DNA from: Leptolyngbyaceae cyanobacterium
Lineage (GTDB): Bacteria > Cyanobacteriota > Cyanobacteriia > Phormidesmidales > Phormidesmidaceae
Assembly (NCBI GenBank): GCA_965263355.1
Contig: CBDHHL010000032.1
Span: 1,152,001 to 1,216,000, forward strand
Reading direction: 5' to 3'
DNA: 64,000 nucleotides
Below the pieces are notes generated by a model. The model worked only from the letters and a program-made list of their open reading frames with translations. It had not been told where the DNA came from and searched no databases. The position numbers and the translations under genes were made by a program. Positions 9,101 through 17,174 of the stretch are shown here, one piece after another (within the stretch, counting starts at the first letter, position 1; every line of letters starts with the position of its first letter).

Positions 9101-10378
9101 GGATTGTCGTAGCCAGTGCATCAAGCGGTTTGTGGAACAGGCAGTGTCCTGTTGATTTGACAAAAAAGGAATTAAATCATTGAGTAACGTTTCTAGGGGC
9201 GGCGCATTGCGAAGCGATCGCCAAATCAGGTGGTCAAATTCCCCTTGTAGTTCCTGAGCTATTTTGGCAACTAGTGCCGTTTTACCAATGCCCCCCATTC
9301 CCAGCACGGCGGTCAGTCGACAGGAGTTTTCAACAATCCATCGCCGCAACTGAGCCAGTTCATCCGTGCGACCGTAGAAGAACTCAATGTCAGGGGCTTC
9401 GCCCCAGTCAATAGACGTCTTTGCCTGGGGCAAGGCTCGATCATCTTTGATATTGAGCCCTTGATCTGAGGAGGACTCGTTGCTATCTGTAGCTACATTG
9501 GATTCTGAGAACAAGGTAGCTGTGGTAGCCTCGGAAGTAGGCGTTTCCCAGCCTGGTACCACGATATCGGTATCCGAAAACTCTCTTGTCGGTAAACTAT
9601 CTGAAATTTGGCTGGTAACTACCTGGGGGGTATCGTCTAGTGTGAGTAACTCTTCATACAAGCTGCAGGTACTAGGACTGGGTGGCATGCCCAATTCCTC
9701 TTGCAGTAAAGTCATGCATTGATGATAGATACGCATGGCAGTGGCGCGATCACCCTTTTGGGCATGCAGCTGCATGAGGTGACAATAGGCCAGCTCTGAG
9801 AGTGGATCTAACTCACATAATTGCTGCGCATATTCAATGGCTGAACTCAGCTGGCCTTGTTCTGTTAGCTGGGTAATCAAGGTATCCAGTGCTTTGATTG
9901 CTTGCTGTCGCATGCGATCGCGATAGGGCTCAATCCAGTCGTCATAACACTCTGGCAATAAATCTCCCTGGTAGAGTTTAGCGGCTTGCTTCAAGTCTTT
10001 GAGGGAACTGGTTTGAAATACTTGTTCGTTGATTACTTGTTCGTTTATCAGTGCTTCAAAACGGTCTATATCTAACGCACACCCCTTACCCATGACCCAC
10101 TGAACCGTTTTAGGCTTAACCTGCAGCCAGCGTTCGCTCTCAGGGATATGTTGCTTCAGTTCATGCAATCGTCGTCTTAAGTTGGCTTTAGCGTTAGTAT
10201 CCGTTGCGTCAGGCCAAAGAGTTGCCGCTATTTGCTGTCGAGATAGTGGTTCATCTCGATGCAGTAAAATAAATGCCAATAATGCCTGTAAGCGTTCAGA
10301 CTTTACCCCACTGATGGGCACAGTATCAGCACTGAGGGAAAACTTGCCCAATAGTTGAATCTGCAGTTGGGTAGACAC
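6128..10378 (-). CDS. STAND/NLR-type transcriptional regulator: wHTH + BTAD + NB-ARC + WD40 repeats
   Basis: N-terminal LQIQLLGKF...LWPD...NLRRRLHEL and BTAD (LYQGDLLPECYDDWI, DPLSE); DWGEAP; Walker A GMGGIGKT; Walker B LVVLDN; about 14 GH...WD repeats. Confidence 0.93.
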   Translation of the reverse strand: MSTQLQIQLLGKFSLSADTVPISGVKSERLQALLAFILLHRDEPLSRQQIAATLWPDATDTNAKANLRRRLHELKQHIPESERWLQVKPKTVQWVMGKGCALDIDRFEALINEQVINEQVFQTSSLKDLKQAAKLYQGDLLPECYDDWIEPYRDRMRQQAIKALDTLITQLTEQGQLSSAIEYAQQLCELDPLSELAYCHLMQLHAQKGDRATAMRIYHQCMTLLQEELGMPPSPSTCSLYEELLTLDDTPQVVTSQISDSLPTREFSDTDIVVPGWETPTSEATTATLFSESNVATDSNESSSDQGLNIKDDRALPQAKTSIDWGEAPDIEFFYGRTDELAQLRRWIVENSCRLTAVLGMGGIGKTALVAKIAQELQGEFDHLIWRSLRNAPPLETLLNDLIPFLSNQQDTACSTNRLMHWLRQSRCLVVLDNCETILKGGERAGQFRDGYENYGELIQVVGQANHQSCLMITSREKPAEISTFESINQSVRSLQVAGSPEAALAVLDAKQLVGTQVQKEQLGKRYGYSPLALQIVGGSIRDVFSGDISLFLEEDTLLFNGAKKLLDRQFDRLSPLEKTVMYWLAINREWTSIPELRADIYPRCSKRLLLETLESLCWRSLIERRGNTYTQQSVVMEYVTVCLIEAVSDELLDISYFDETLREAAAELPHLSAYALIKATVQDFIRESQCRLILQPILEQVNQASSSIALTQQIQQILTAIHDTEVHRASYAGGNLLNLCCQNQLDTSNLDFSQLTIRQAYLQGTTLHQLDVSHAQFVRSVFTQAFGSALSIAFSPDGTLLAMGDNNYNVQIWRVTDGQPLMTLQGHKGWVWSIAFSPDGKTLVSGSVDYTVRLWDVPSGQCLKILQDHTSVVWSVAFSPDGQRVASGSEDQTAKLWDATTGECLHTLESQGGLVRSVAFNPRGTHLATGHAAQVVRWWDVDSGDCVTVFQGHQAPVWSVTLHPTQEMLASAGADQTIRLWDLETGQCLSTLMAHTDQIWAIAFSPDGQMLASGSNDQTVRLWDVQNESCLATLLGHTDQIWAVGFSPDGQRLASGGFDQTIRLWDMETQQCVQTLQGYTNCIRSLTFCDDDFTLVSGGDDSLIRLWDSRTGKCLKTLEGHSSGVWAVAQQQLSGTLQTILATGGFDQTIRLWDGDTGRSIQILDGRAGWVHGVAFHPQGKLLASGSIQPVVRIWDLTTGQCCQQLPGHANQVWAVAFSPDGRQLASAGADHMIKLWDVESGECVQTLQEHTDWMYAVAFSPSQSGATLDDLPETWLASASGDRTIKLWNLQSSECFRTLTGHTGWVYAMTIHPDGHLIASASHDGTARIWDVQTGECLQVLTHEAPLWSMALHPNGHLLACSGEDEKITLWDVESGTRLSTFHILKPYAGMQIANVTGLTEAQKSALKALGAVE

Positions 10379-10403
10379 AGGAAATGTGGGTAGACACAGG
10401 AAA
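10368..10403. repeat. 17-bp direct repeat overlapping the STAND start codon
   Basis: TGGGTAGACACAGGAAA at 10368-10384 and 10387-10403. Confidence 0.8.
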
Positions 10404-10637
10404 CTTAAAAAGCAGCCTGAAGCAGCTGTCAGCGTAAATAAATTTCGTTTTATTCTATCGTGCTACTTTTGTATACCTCAAATACCCCTAAAAAACTTAA
10501 GATAATACTTTTCTACGTTCTAATCAGAACCATTTTGATTGCTGATAACGGTTTACGCCCCGTTGATTATGGGTATTGATTACGATGCAAAGTGATTAGA
10601 TTAAACTAGGGATATTGTTCAGTTGATAAATAAGCCA

Positions 10638-10690
10638 TGGTGGCTGCTAAGGAAAAATTCCCACAGATGACGCCCAAGGAGTATTTTGCC
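10638..10690 (+). pseudogene. 5' fragment of a Uma2-family endonuclease gene
   Basis: Translates as MVAAKEKFPQMTPKEYFA, a typical cyanobacterial Uma2 N-terminus, then switches abruptly to methyltransferase sequence. Confidence 0.6.
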
Positions 10691-11500
10691 CACATACAAA
10701 TGTCCTAACAGAGGATATACGTCAGCTTACTGGCCCAAGATTGCTTCAACAAGCTGGTCTTAAGCGTGGTGAGTTAGATTTATTAACTGGGTGTCCTCCA
10801 TGTCAAGGGTTTTCAACATTGCGGACTAAGCGGCGTAATCAAAAAAATGATGATCAGAGGAATGACCTAATTCGGGAAGTCTTACGTTTAGTTCGTTCTA
10901 TGCGACCAAGATCCGTTCTCATAGAGAATGTTCCAGGTTTAGCGAAAGATCGGAGATTTGCAGATTTTAGAAAAGGCTTGAAAAAATCTGGTTATTTTTC
11001 AGACTATGAAATTCTAAATGCGGCAGACTTTGGTGTTCCACAACGTCGTCGTCGTTTAGTACTTGTTGCCTTTCGAGGTATGGATGTGCCCAGTGGTTGG
11101 TCTTGTTACAAATCCGCCGAGAAGCATGTCAGGCAGACTATTTCTCATTTGTCTACCTCAGCTGGCTCTAGTGGAGATCCGCTACATGATATTCCAGAAC
11201 GAAGAACACCAGCTATGATGGCCAGAATAAAAGCTACTCCCAAAGATGGTGGTAGTCGCAAAGATTTACCTCCAGAAATGCAGTGTGAATGTCATATTCG
11301 TGGAGATGGATATTTTGATGTTTATGGAAGGATGGCATGGGATGATATTGCTCCTACTATTACTAGTGGATGTAGTAATCCTTCTAAGGGACGATTTTTG
11401 CATCCTGAGGAGGATCGAGCAATCATTCTCCGAGAAGCTGCACTGCTACAAACATTTCCAATAAATTATAAGTTTTGTCTTGAACGCGGGAAGGATCATG
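10690..11500 (+). pseudogene. DNA cytosine-5 methyltransferase, truncated at both ends
   Basis: GCPPCQGFS, IENVPG, GVPQRRRR, REAALLQTFP present; motif I (FxGxG) and motif X (GNA) absent. Confidence 0.8.
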
Positions 11501-12086
11501 TCTTGAATCTAATAATGTTTCTAAGGAATTTAGTGTAGTGGTTCAAAGAGGTGGAACTGCAATCCGCTCCAATCAACTTTATCGAGATATCAAAGCTTTT
11601 GCTAACTCTGGGAGAAAAAATATTTTTATTATTTTTGATGGTGATCATTATCCTGAAAGAGTTATTCCAGAAGATGGTCTCTTGCCACAAGGTGAAAAGG
11701 AAATAAAGGGTCTGATTAACGATATTACAAAAGGTAATAATTCTAAAGGTCCTAATCTAAACTTTGAAGATGTAGATGATATGACACGCTACATTCAATT
11801 TTTTCGACAGTTTATTTATTTCCTCCCGGCCCGTACGCCTGAGGAATTGGTTTGGAATAATGATGTTGCAAAAGAACTCTTAAAAAAAGAAGTTCCCAAG
11901 AGCATTTTAGGGGTAAAAAGTTATAAACAAAAAATCGCTATGCTTGCAGATATACTTCCAGGAGTCGATCCTGAAGCAGTGTTTCAATTTCTACTGTTAG
12001 GTTTCCTGAGTCGAGATAGTGAGCTCAAGTCAGAACTCATGGAACGTATTCAAGAGATTCGCTCATATCTTGCTACCAAATTGTAG
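11496..12086 (+). pseudogene. C-terminal TOPRIM-like fragment of a probable OLD-type ATP-dependent nuclease
   Basis: Frame open from about 11496 (SCLESNNVSKEFSVVVQRGG...IFIIFDGD...TPEELVW); AT-rich; no proper start. Confidence 0.5.
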
Positions 12087-12669
12087 CCATTGTTATTATT
12101 AGTCCTGAAAGTTCTGGATCGCTTTTAACTATATCGGGGTTTGCCAAAACCTCAACAGGGTGTTTTGGACGATAGACATATACAGTTTTATTTTCTCGGT
12201 CAATCAAAAAGCCTAAGCGTAGGCCATTTTCAATATACTCCTGCATTTTCTCCTGCAGGCTTTTTAAGGTGTCGCTAGCAGAGCGTAGCTCGATAACAAA
12301 ATCTGGACAAATGGGAGCAAAAGATTTTTGTTGTTCAGGGGTGAGTGCATTCCAGCGCTCTAATCGAATCCATGAGATGTCGGGTGAGCGAGTGGCACCA
12401 TTGGGTAATGTGAAACCACTAGACGAATCAAATCCTATCCCCGTGCCATCTTTATCAGCCCATTTACCCACCTCAACAGCCAACTTAAAGTTTGAAGCGC
12501 ATGTATCTGAAAAAGCGGGCGGAGTCACAATAATTTTCCCTTGGGCTGTGCGCTCAATGCGCAACTCTCGATTGGCAAGGCAGAAGTCGATAAAATCCTG
12601 CTCGGTTGCTATTGTAGGCAGCTCGATAGTTAAGGGCGTATTAAATGAAGTGACTTGTAGCGTACTCAT
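12073..12669 (-). CDS. Uma2-family (DUF820) endonuclease
   Basis: LRIER, FDSSSGFTLPNGATRSPDISW, CPDFVIELRS, KMQEYIENG. Confidence 0.93.
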   Translation of the reverse strand: MSTLQVTSFNTPLTIELPTIATEQDFIDFCLANRELRIERTAQGKIIVTPPAFSDTCASNFKLAVEVGKWADKDGTGIGFDSSSGFTLPNGATRSPDISWIRLERWNALTPEQQKSFAPICPDFVIELRSASDTLKSLQEKMQEYIENGLRLGFLIDRENKTVYVYRPKHPVEVLANPDIVKSDPELSGLIITMATIW

Positions 12670-12725
12670 AACTTGACTTTGCCTAATAAACTATCAAACG
12701 ACCTACCCATAGATTAGCTCAAAAT

Positions 12726-12756
12726 AAAAAGCCCCCACCCGTAGGCAGGGACTTTT
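12726..12756 (-). terminator. Rho-independent terminator of pgk
   Basis: Minus strand AAAAGTCCCTGCC-TACG-GGTGGGGGCTTTTT. Confidence 0.65.
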
Positions 12757-12800
12757 CTTAAAGTCCTTCTTCCCAAAAGAAAAAGGCTTCAGAATGAGGC

Positions 12801-14009
12801 TTACTTGTCATCTAGAGCAGCAATGCCAGGAAGAGTCTTACCTTCTAACAACTCAAGGCTGGCACCACCACCCGTAGAAATATGGCTCATCTTGTCAGCA
12901 ACGCCTACTTTTTCCACAGCGGCAACGGAGTCACCACCACCGATGATGGACATGCAGCCATTGTTGGTCGTGATTTCAGACAGAGTGTTGGCAACTGCTT
13001 CGGTACCCTTAGCAAACTTGTCAAACTCAAATACACCCATGGGGCCATTCCAGATAACGCCCTTACAATCAGCCAGAGCAGCTTGGAATACCTTGATGGA
13101 ATCAGGGCCAATGTCTAGACCCATCCAGCCATCGGGAATCGCTTCAACACTAACGATTTGATCATTAGCATCGGGAGCAAAGTTGTCAGCAACAACAACA
13201 TCAGTGGGAAGCAACAGCTCAACACCCTTTTCTTTGGCTTTAGCCTCAAGCTCCTTGGCTAGCTCTAGCTTATCTTCTTCAACCAAAGACTTACCCACAT
13301 CAAGACCACGGGCCTTGTAGAACGTGAAGATCATGCCGCCGCCGATAAACAGCTTATCTACTTTTTCAAGTAGAGTTTCGATCACACCAATCTTGGAGGA
13401 AACTTTGGACCCCCCGACAATGGCAGCAAAGGGACGCTGGGGATTGTCCACAGCGCTCTGTAGATACTGAAGTTCTTTCTCGATTAGCAGACCGCTAACG
13501 GAGGGGCTGAGATACTCAGTTACACCAGCAGTGGACGCGTGGGCACGGTGGGCAGTACCAAATGCATCGTTGACATATAGCTCAGCAACGGAAGCCAGAT
13601 TCTTAGCAAACTCAGGATCGTTGTCAGTTTCACCATTGTAGAAACGCACGTTCTCAAGTAAAGCAACCTGACCGTCAGCCATACCATCGACGGCAGCCTT
13701 AACGTCATCGCCAATGCAGTCGTTACACTTGATCACGTCCTGGCCCAATAGCTCAGATAGACGAATGGCAACAGGAGTTAGACGCATACTGTCAACGACC
13801 TTGCCCTTGGGGCGACCGAAGTGGCTGCACAAAATTACCTTGGCACCCTTGCTGGTTAATGCTTGGATGGTGGGCAGAGCAGCGCGAATCCGAGTATCGT
13901 CAGTAATTGTGCCTTGGTCATCTAAAGGCACGTTAAAATCTGCGCGCATCAGAACGCGCTTGCCTGACAGGTCAGCCGCTGACAAATCGGTGACGGATTT
14001 CTTGGCCAC
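12801..14009 (-). CDS. pgk: Phosphoglycerate kinase
   Basis: [61 protein letters not shown]. Confidence 0.99.
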   Translation of the reverse strand: MAKKSVTDLSAADLSGKRVLMRADFNVPLDDQGTITDDTRIRAALPTIQALTSKGAKVILCSHFGRPKGKVVDSMRLTPVAIRLSELLGQDVIKCNDCIGDDVKAAVDGMADGQVALLENVRFYNGETDNDPEFAKNLASVAELYVNDAFGTAHRAHASTAGVTEYLSPSVSGLLIEKELQYLQSAVDNPQRPFAAIVGGSKVSSKIGVIETLLEKVDKLFIGGGMIFTFYKARGLDVGKSLVEEDKLELAKELEAKAKEKGVELLLPTDVVVADNFAPDANDQIVSVEAIPDGWMGLDIGPDSIKVFQAALADCKGVIWNGPMGVFEFDKFAKGTEAVANTLSEITTNNGCMSIIGGGDSVAAVEKVGVADKMSHISTGGGASLELLEGKTLPGIAALDDK

Positions 14010-14187
14010 AGAACTATCCTCCTTATCTCCTAATGCAGTTTTGTTACGTTACGTACGCCCCACTTCAAAGCTAGGACAAGCTTGATTACCCTAGGTGTAA
14101 AGCGTTGATACATTTTCTTTACTCAATAGGTATTATCGCTTATTGCGGTTCTGATTTTTGATCGAAGTCTAGGGTTTTCCCACGCTT

Positions 14188-14592
14188 ATGTTTAAGACCG
14201 TTCTATTTCCAATAGATGCTAGTCCAGAAGCGCAACAGGCGGCTTTGAAAGCAGCGGAGTTGGTGAAATATCATCAAAGTCATTTGATTTTGCTATCGGT
14301 CGTTGAGACTCAAACTGGGTCCAATGCGCATCCCGAGCAAACATCCCCTGAGGCGGTGGCTCAGCTTTTAGAGAAGGCCAAGACTGTATTTACTCAGCAG
14401 GGCATTGATACAGAAGCGATTGAGCGCGAGGGCAATCCCGCGTTTGTGATCTGTGATGTTGCAGATGAGAAGTCAGCAGATCTGATCGTGATGGGCTGTC
14501 GCGGTATTGGGTTAACCCCTGAAGGGCAGTCAGAAAGTGTGAGTAATCGGGTGATTAATTTGTCGCCTTGTCCGGTGATGGTGGTGCCGTAG
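14188..14592 (+). CDS. Universal stress protein
   Basis: VLFPIDAS, ADLIVMGCRG, SVSNRVINLSPCPVMVVP. Confidence 0.93.
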   Translation: MFKTVLFPIDASPEAQQAALKAAELVKYHQSHLILLSVVETQTGSNAHPEQTSPEAVAQLLEKAKTVFTQQGIDTEAIEREGNPAFVICDVADEKSADLIVMGCRGIGLTPEGQSESVSNRVINLSPCPVMVVP

Positions 14593-14639
14593 GTGTGGCT
14601 GACCGCTAAAATAGGTTGCCGATCTCAATCATCTTTGCC

Positions 14640-15551
14640 ATGTCTTCGCCATCTATTCAGTGGTATCCCGGCCATATTGCTAAGGCGGAGCGTGCTTTGA
14701 AGGAGCAGCTAAAGCGGGTGGATGTGGTGCTGGAGGTGCGGGATGCTCGAATTCCCCTGGCTACGCACCATCCTGAGGTGGATGGATGGATTGGGGATAA
14801 GGCTCGGGTGCTGGTGCTAAACCGGGTAGATATGATTTCACCGGAAGCACGGCAGGTGTGGCAGGCTTGGTTTAAGTCCCAGGGGCAGGCTGCCTACTTT
14901 ACCAATGCGAAGCAAGGTAAGGGGGTGCAAAATCTGCTGCGGGCGGCACAGGATGCGGGCAAGGCGATGAATGAACGACGTCAACGTCGGGGAATGAAGC
15001 CACGACCGGTAAGGGCGGTGGTAATTGGTTTTCCTAATGTAGGGAAGTCGGCGCTGATTAATCGTTTGCTAAAGCGTAAGGTGGTGGTCAGTGAACGGCG
15101 GGCTGGGGTGACGCGGCAACTGCGGTGGGTACGTATTTCGAATGAAATTGAGCTATTGGATGCGCCAGGGATTATTCCCTTGAAGCTAAACGATCAGCAG
15201 ATGGCGCTAAAGCTGGCGATTTGTGATGATATTGGCAATGCCGCCTATGATACGCAGCGGGTGGCTGCTGCCTTTGTTGATTTGGTGAAGGAGCTAGATC
15301 AGCAGATTGAGGTTTATGGAAGTGCGATCGCTCCAACACTGATTAGTCAGTTCGCATCCCGCTACGATACGGCGTTAACCTCTGACACTGGCGAAGACTA
15401 TACCGGTGAGACGTATCTCACCCTGTTAGCCCAGCGACATAATGATGATTTAGAACGAGCGGCCCATCAATTGCTCAATGACTTTCGTAAAGGCAACCTG
15501 GGTAATCTTGTGCTGGAGCTACCGCCGATCGAAGCCGTTGAAGTAACGTAA
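14640..15551 (+). CDS. ylqF: Ribosome biogenesis GTPase YlqF/RbgA
   Basis: IQWYPGHIAKA, EVRDARIP, GFPNVGKS, LLDAPG; ATG at 14640. Confidence 0.95.
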   Translation: MSSPSIQWYPGHIAKAERALKEQLKRVDVVLEVRDARIPLATHHPEVDGWIGDKARVLVLNRVDMISPEARQVWQAWFKSQGQAAYFTNAKQGKGVQNLLRAAQDAGKAMNERRQRRGMKPRPVRAVVIGFPNVGKSALINRLLKRKVVVSERRAGVTRQLRWVRISNEIELLDAPGIIPLKLNDQQMALKLAICDDIGNAAYDTQRVAAAFVDLVKELDQQIEVYGSAIAPTLISQFASRYDTALTSDTGEDYTGETYLTLLAQRHNDDLERAAHQLLNDFRKGNLGNLVLELPPIEAVEVT

Positions 15552-15803
15552 TCTATTGTTAAAGGTGCCTAGCATATTCTTAGTCTACATGCCAAGTTGT
15601 CGATGTAAATATTTGGCGAAGATTAAATCTCATCAAGTGTTGGGAGTTTGCTACTGAGATAGTATTCGGATCAAACGGGAAAGCTTGATGGATAGTTCTA
15701 GTTCTATCCTTAAGGCGGCAAAACTACTGCTGAGTCGATAGGAGAACTGCCGTAATGTCATTTCCCTTACGAAAGTGGTGGCTTTACTGATTGTAGCTAG
15801 TCT

Positions 15804-17072
15804 GTGGATATCCCAAAATCCAAGAATATGGCCAAAAAACTCAAGATTTCTATAATTGCTAGCGATTTATCTAAATCTGGTGCCGGTCGTTGGCAGGGGG
15901 CTGTGCGACCTTTTTTGCTGGCTGAGACAGTTACCAGGCTAGGGCATGATGTAGAAATTCTTGGCTTTACCGATAGCGACACTGATGGGAAGTTTCCATC
16001 AAAGTTTTTTATCAAGGCGATTCCTGGGGGTATTTATCCTCAGTTTTGGGGGGCAGCAAACACCCTTTTGCAGACAATTAGTGGTGATATTGTCTATGCA
16101 TACAAGCCGAAACCTAGCAGCTATGGGTTAGCTCTTTTACATCGTCTGCGCTATCGTCGTCCCGTTATTTTAGATATTGATGATTGGGAGTTAAGTTGGC
16201 ACGGTGGCGATCACTATAACTACCGATGGACTCCGCGTAAGATGATCAGAGGATTGCTTAAAGCGGATGGTGAATTGCGTAATCCAGATCATCCGGTTTA
16301 TCTGCGCTGGACTGAAAATCTGGTGTCACAGGCTAATGCAGTTACCCTGCATAATCAGTTTTTACAAAATCGCTTTGGAGGTACCTACATTCCCAACGGA
16401 AAAGATACTGAGCTATTTAACCCTGAACGCTACAGTCCAGAGGCAAGTCGTTCCAAGTATGGCTTGTCAGATTATCGGGTACTGATGTTTCCAGGGGCAC
16501 CTCGGCCTTATAAAGGGATTGAAGATCTGCTAGCGGCCCTCGATATTTTAAATCAGCCAGATCTACGTTTGGTGATTGTGGGGGGCAGTCCCTATGATGA
16601 CTACGACCAAGTTTTGGCCAAGCGCTGGGGAAAATGGCTGGTACAGCTACCAAAGTGCCCCTATGAAATGATGCCTGAAGTGGTGGCAGCGGCCCATGTG
16701 ATTGTTGTTCCTCAGCAGGACCATGCGGCTGCTAAAGCTCAGTTTCCGCTCAAACTAACTGATGGTATGGCTATGGCCAAACCCGTTCTAGCGACGACTG
16801 TTGGTGATATTCCAGATATCTTAGGAGATGCTGGCTATTTGGTAGCGCCTGACTCACCGCAGCAATTAGCCAACATGTTGCAAACTATTTTGAATCATCC
16901 AGAGCAAGCGGCTAGTCGAGGGCGCTTAGCAAGGAAGCGTTGTATTGAGTACTACAGCGTTGATGCGATGGCGGAGATTTTAGGCCCTTTACTCCAATCC
17001 TGTGTGAATCGACAGTCTTTGAATCAGTTAGGCTATAAGCAAAAATACAGACATATGGAGAGTCGTCGTTAG
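15804..17072 (+). CDS. Glycosyltransferase family 4
   Basis: DIDDWE, PRPYKGIEDL, QFPLKLTDGMAMAKPVLATTVGDIP. Confidence 0.9.
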   Translation: MDIPKSKNMAKKLKISIIASDLSKSGAGRWQGAVRPFLLAETVTRLGHDVEILGFTDSDTDGKFPSKFFIKAIPGGIYPQFWGAANTLLQTISGDIVYAYKPKPSSYGLALLHRLRYRRPVILDIDDWELSWHGGDHYNYRWTPRKMIRGLLKADGELRNPDHPVYLRWTENLVSQANAVTLHNQFLQNRFGGTYIPNGKDTELFNPERYSPEASRSKYGLSDYRVLMFPGAPRPYKGIEDLLAALDILNQPDLRLVIVGGSPYDDYDQVLAKRWGKWLVQLPKCPYEMMPEVVAAAHVIVVPQQDHAAAKAQFPLKLTDGMAMAKPVLATTVGDIPDILGDAGYLVAPDSPQQLANMLQTILNHPEQAASRGRLARKRCIEYYSVDAMAEILGPLLQSCVNRQSLNQLGYKQKYRHMESRR

Positions 17073-17174
17073 CTCTTAAATATTAGAAACATCCAAAAAA
17101 TTTCCATAGGTTATTTGTGTTGTCTTCAAGTTCCATCTATTGAGCATCTCCTGCCTACTTATTCCTACTTATCT

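Noticed and set aside
15552..15803. Possible riboswitch upstream of the GT4 operon
   Set aside because: Some short stems but no recognisable aptamer consensus; needs an Rfam scan
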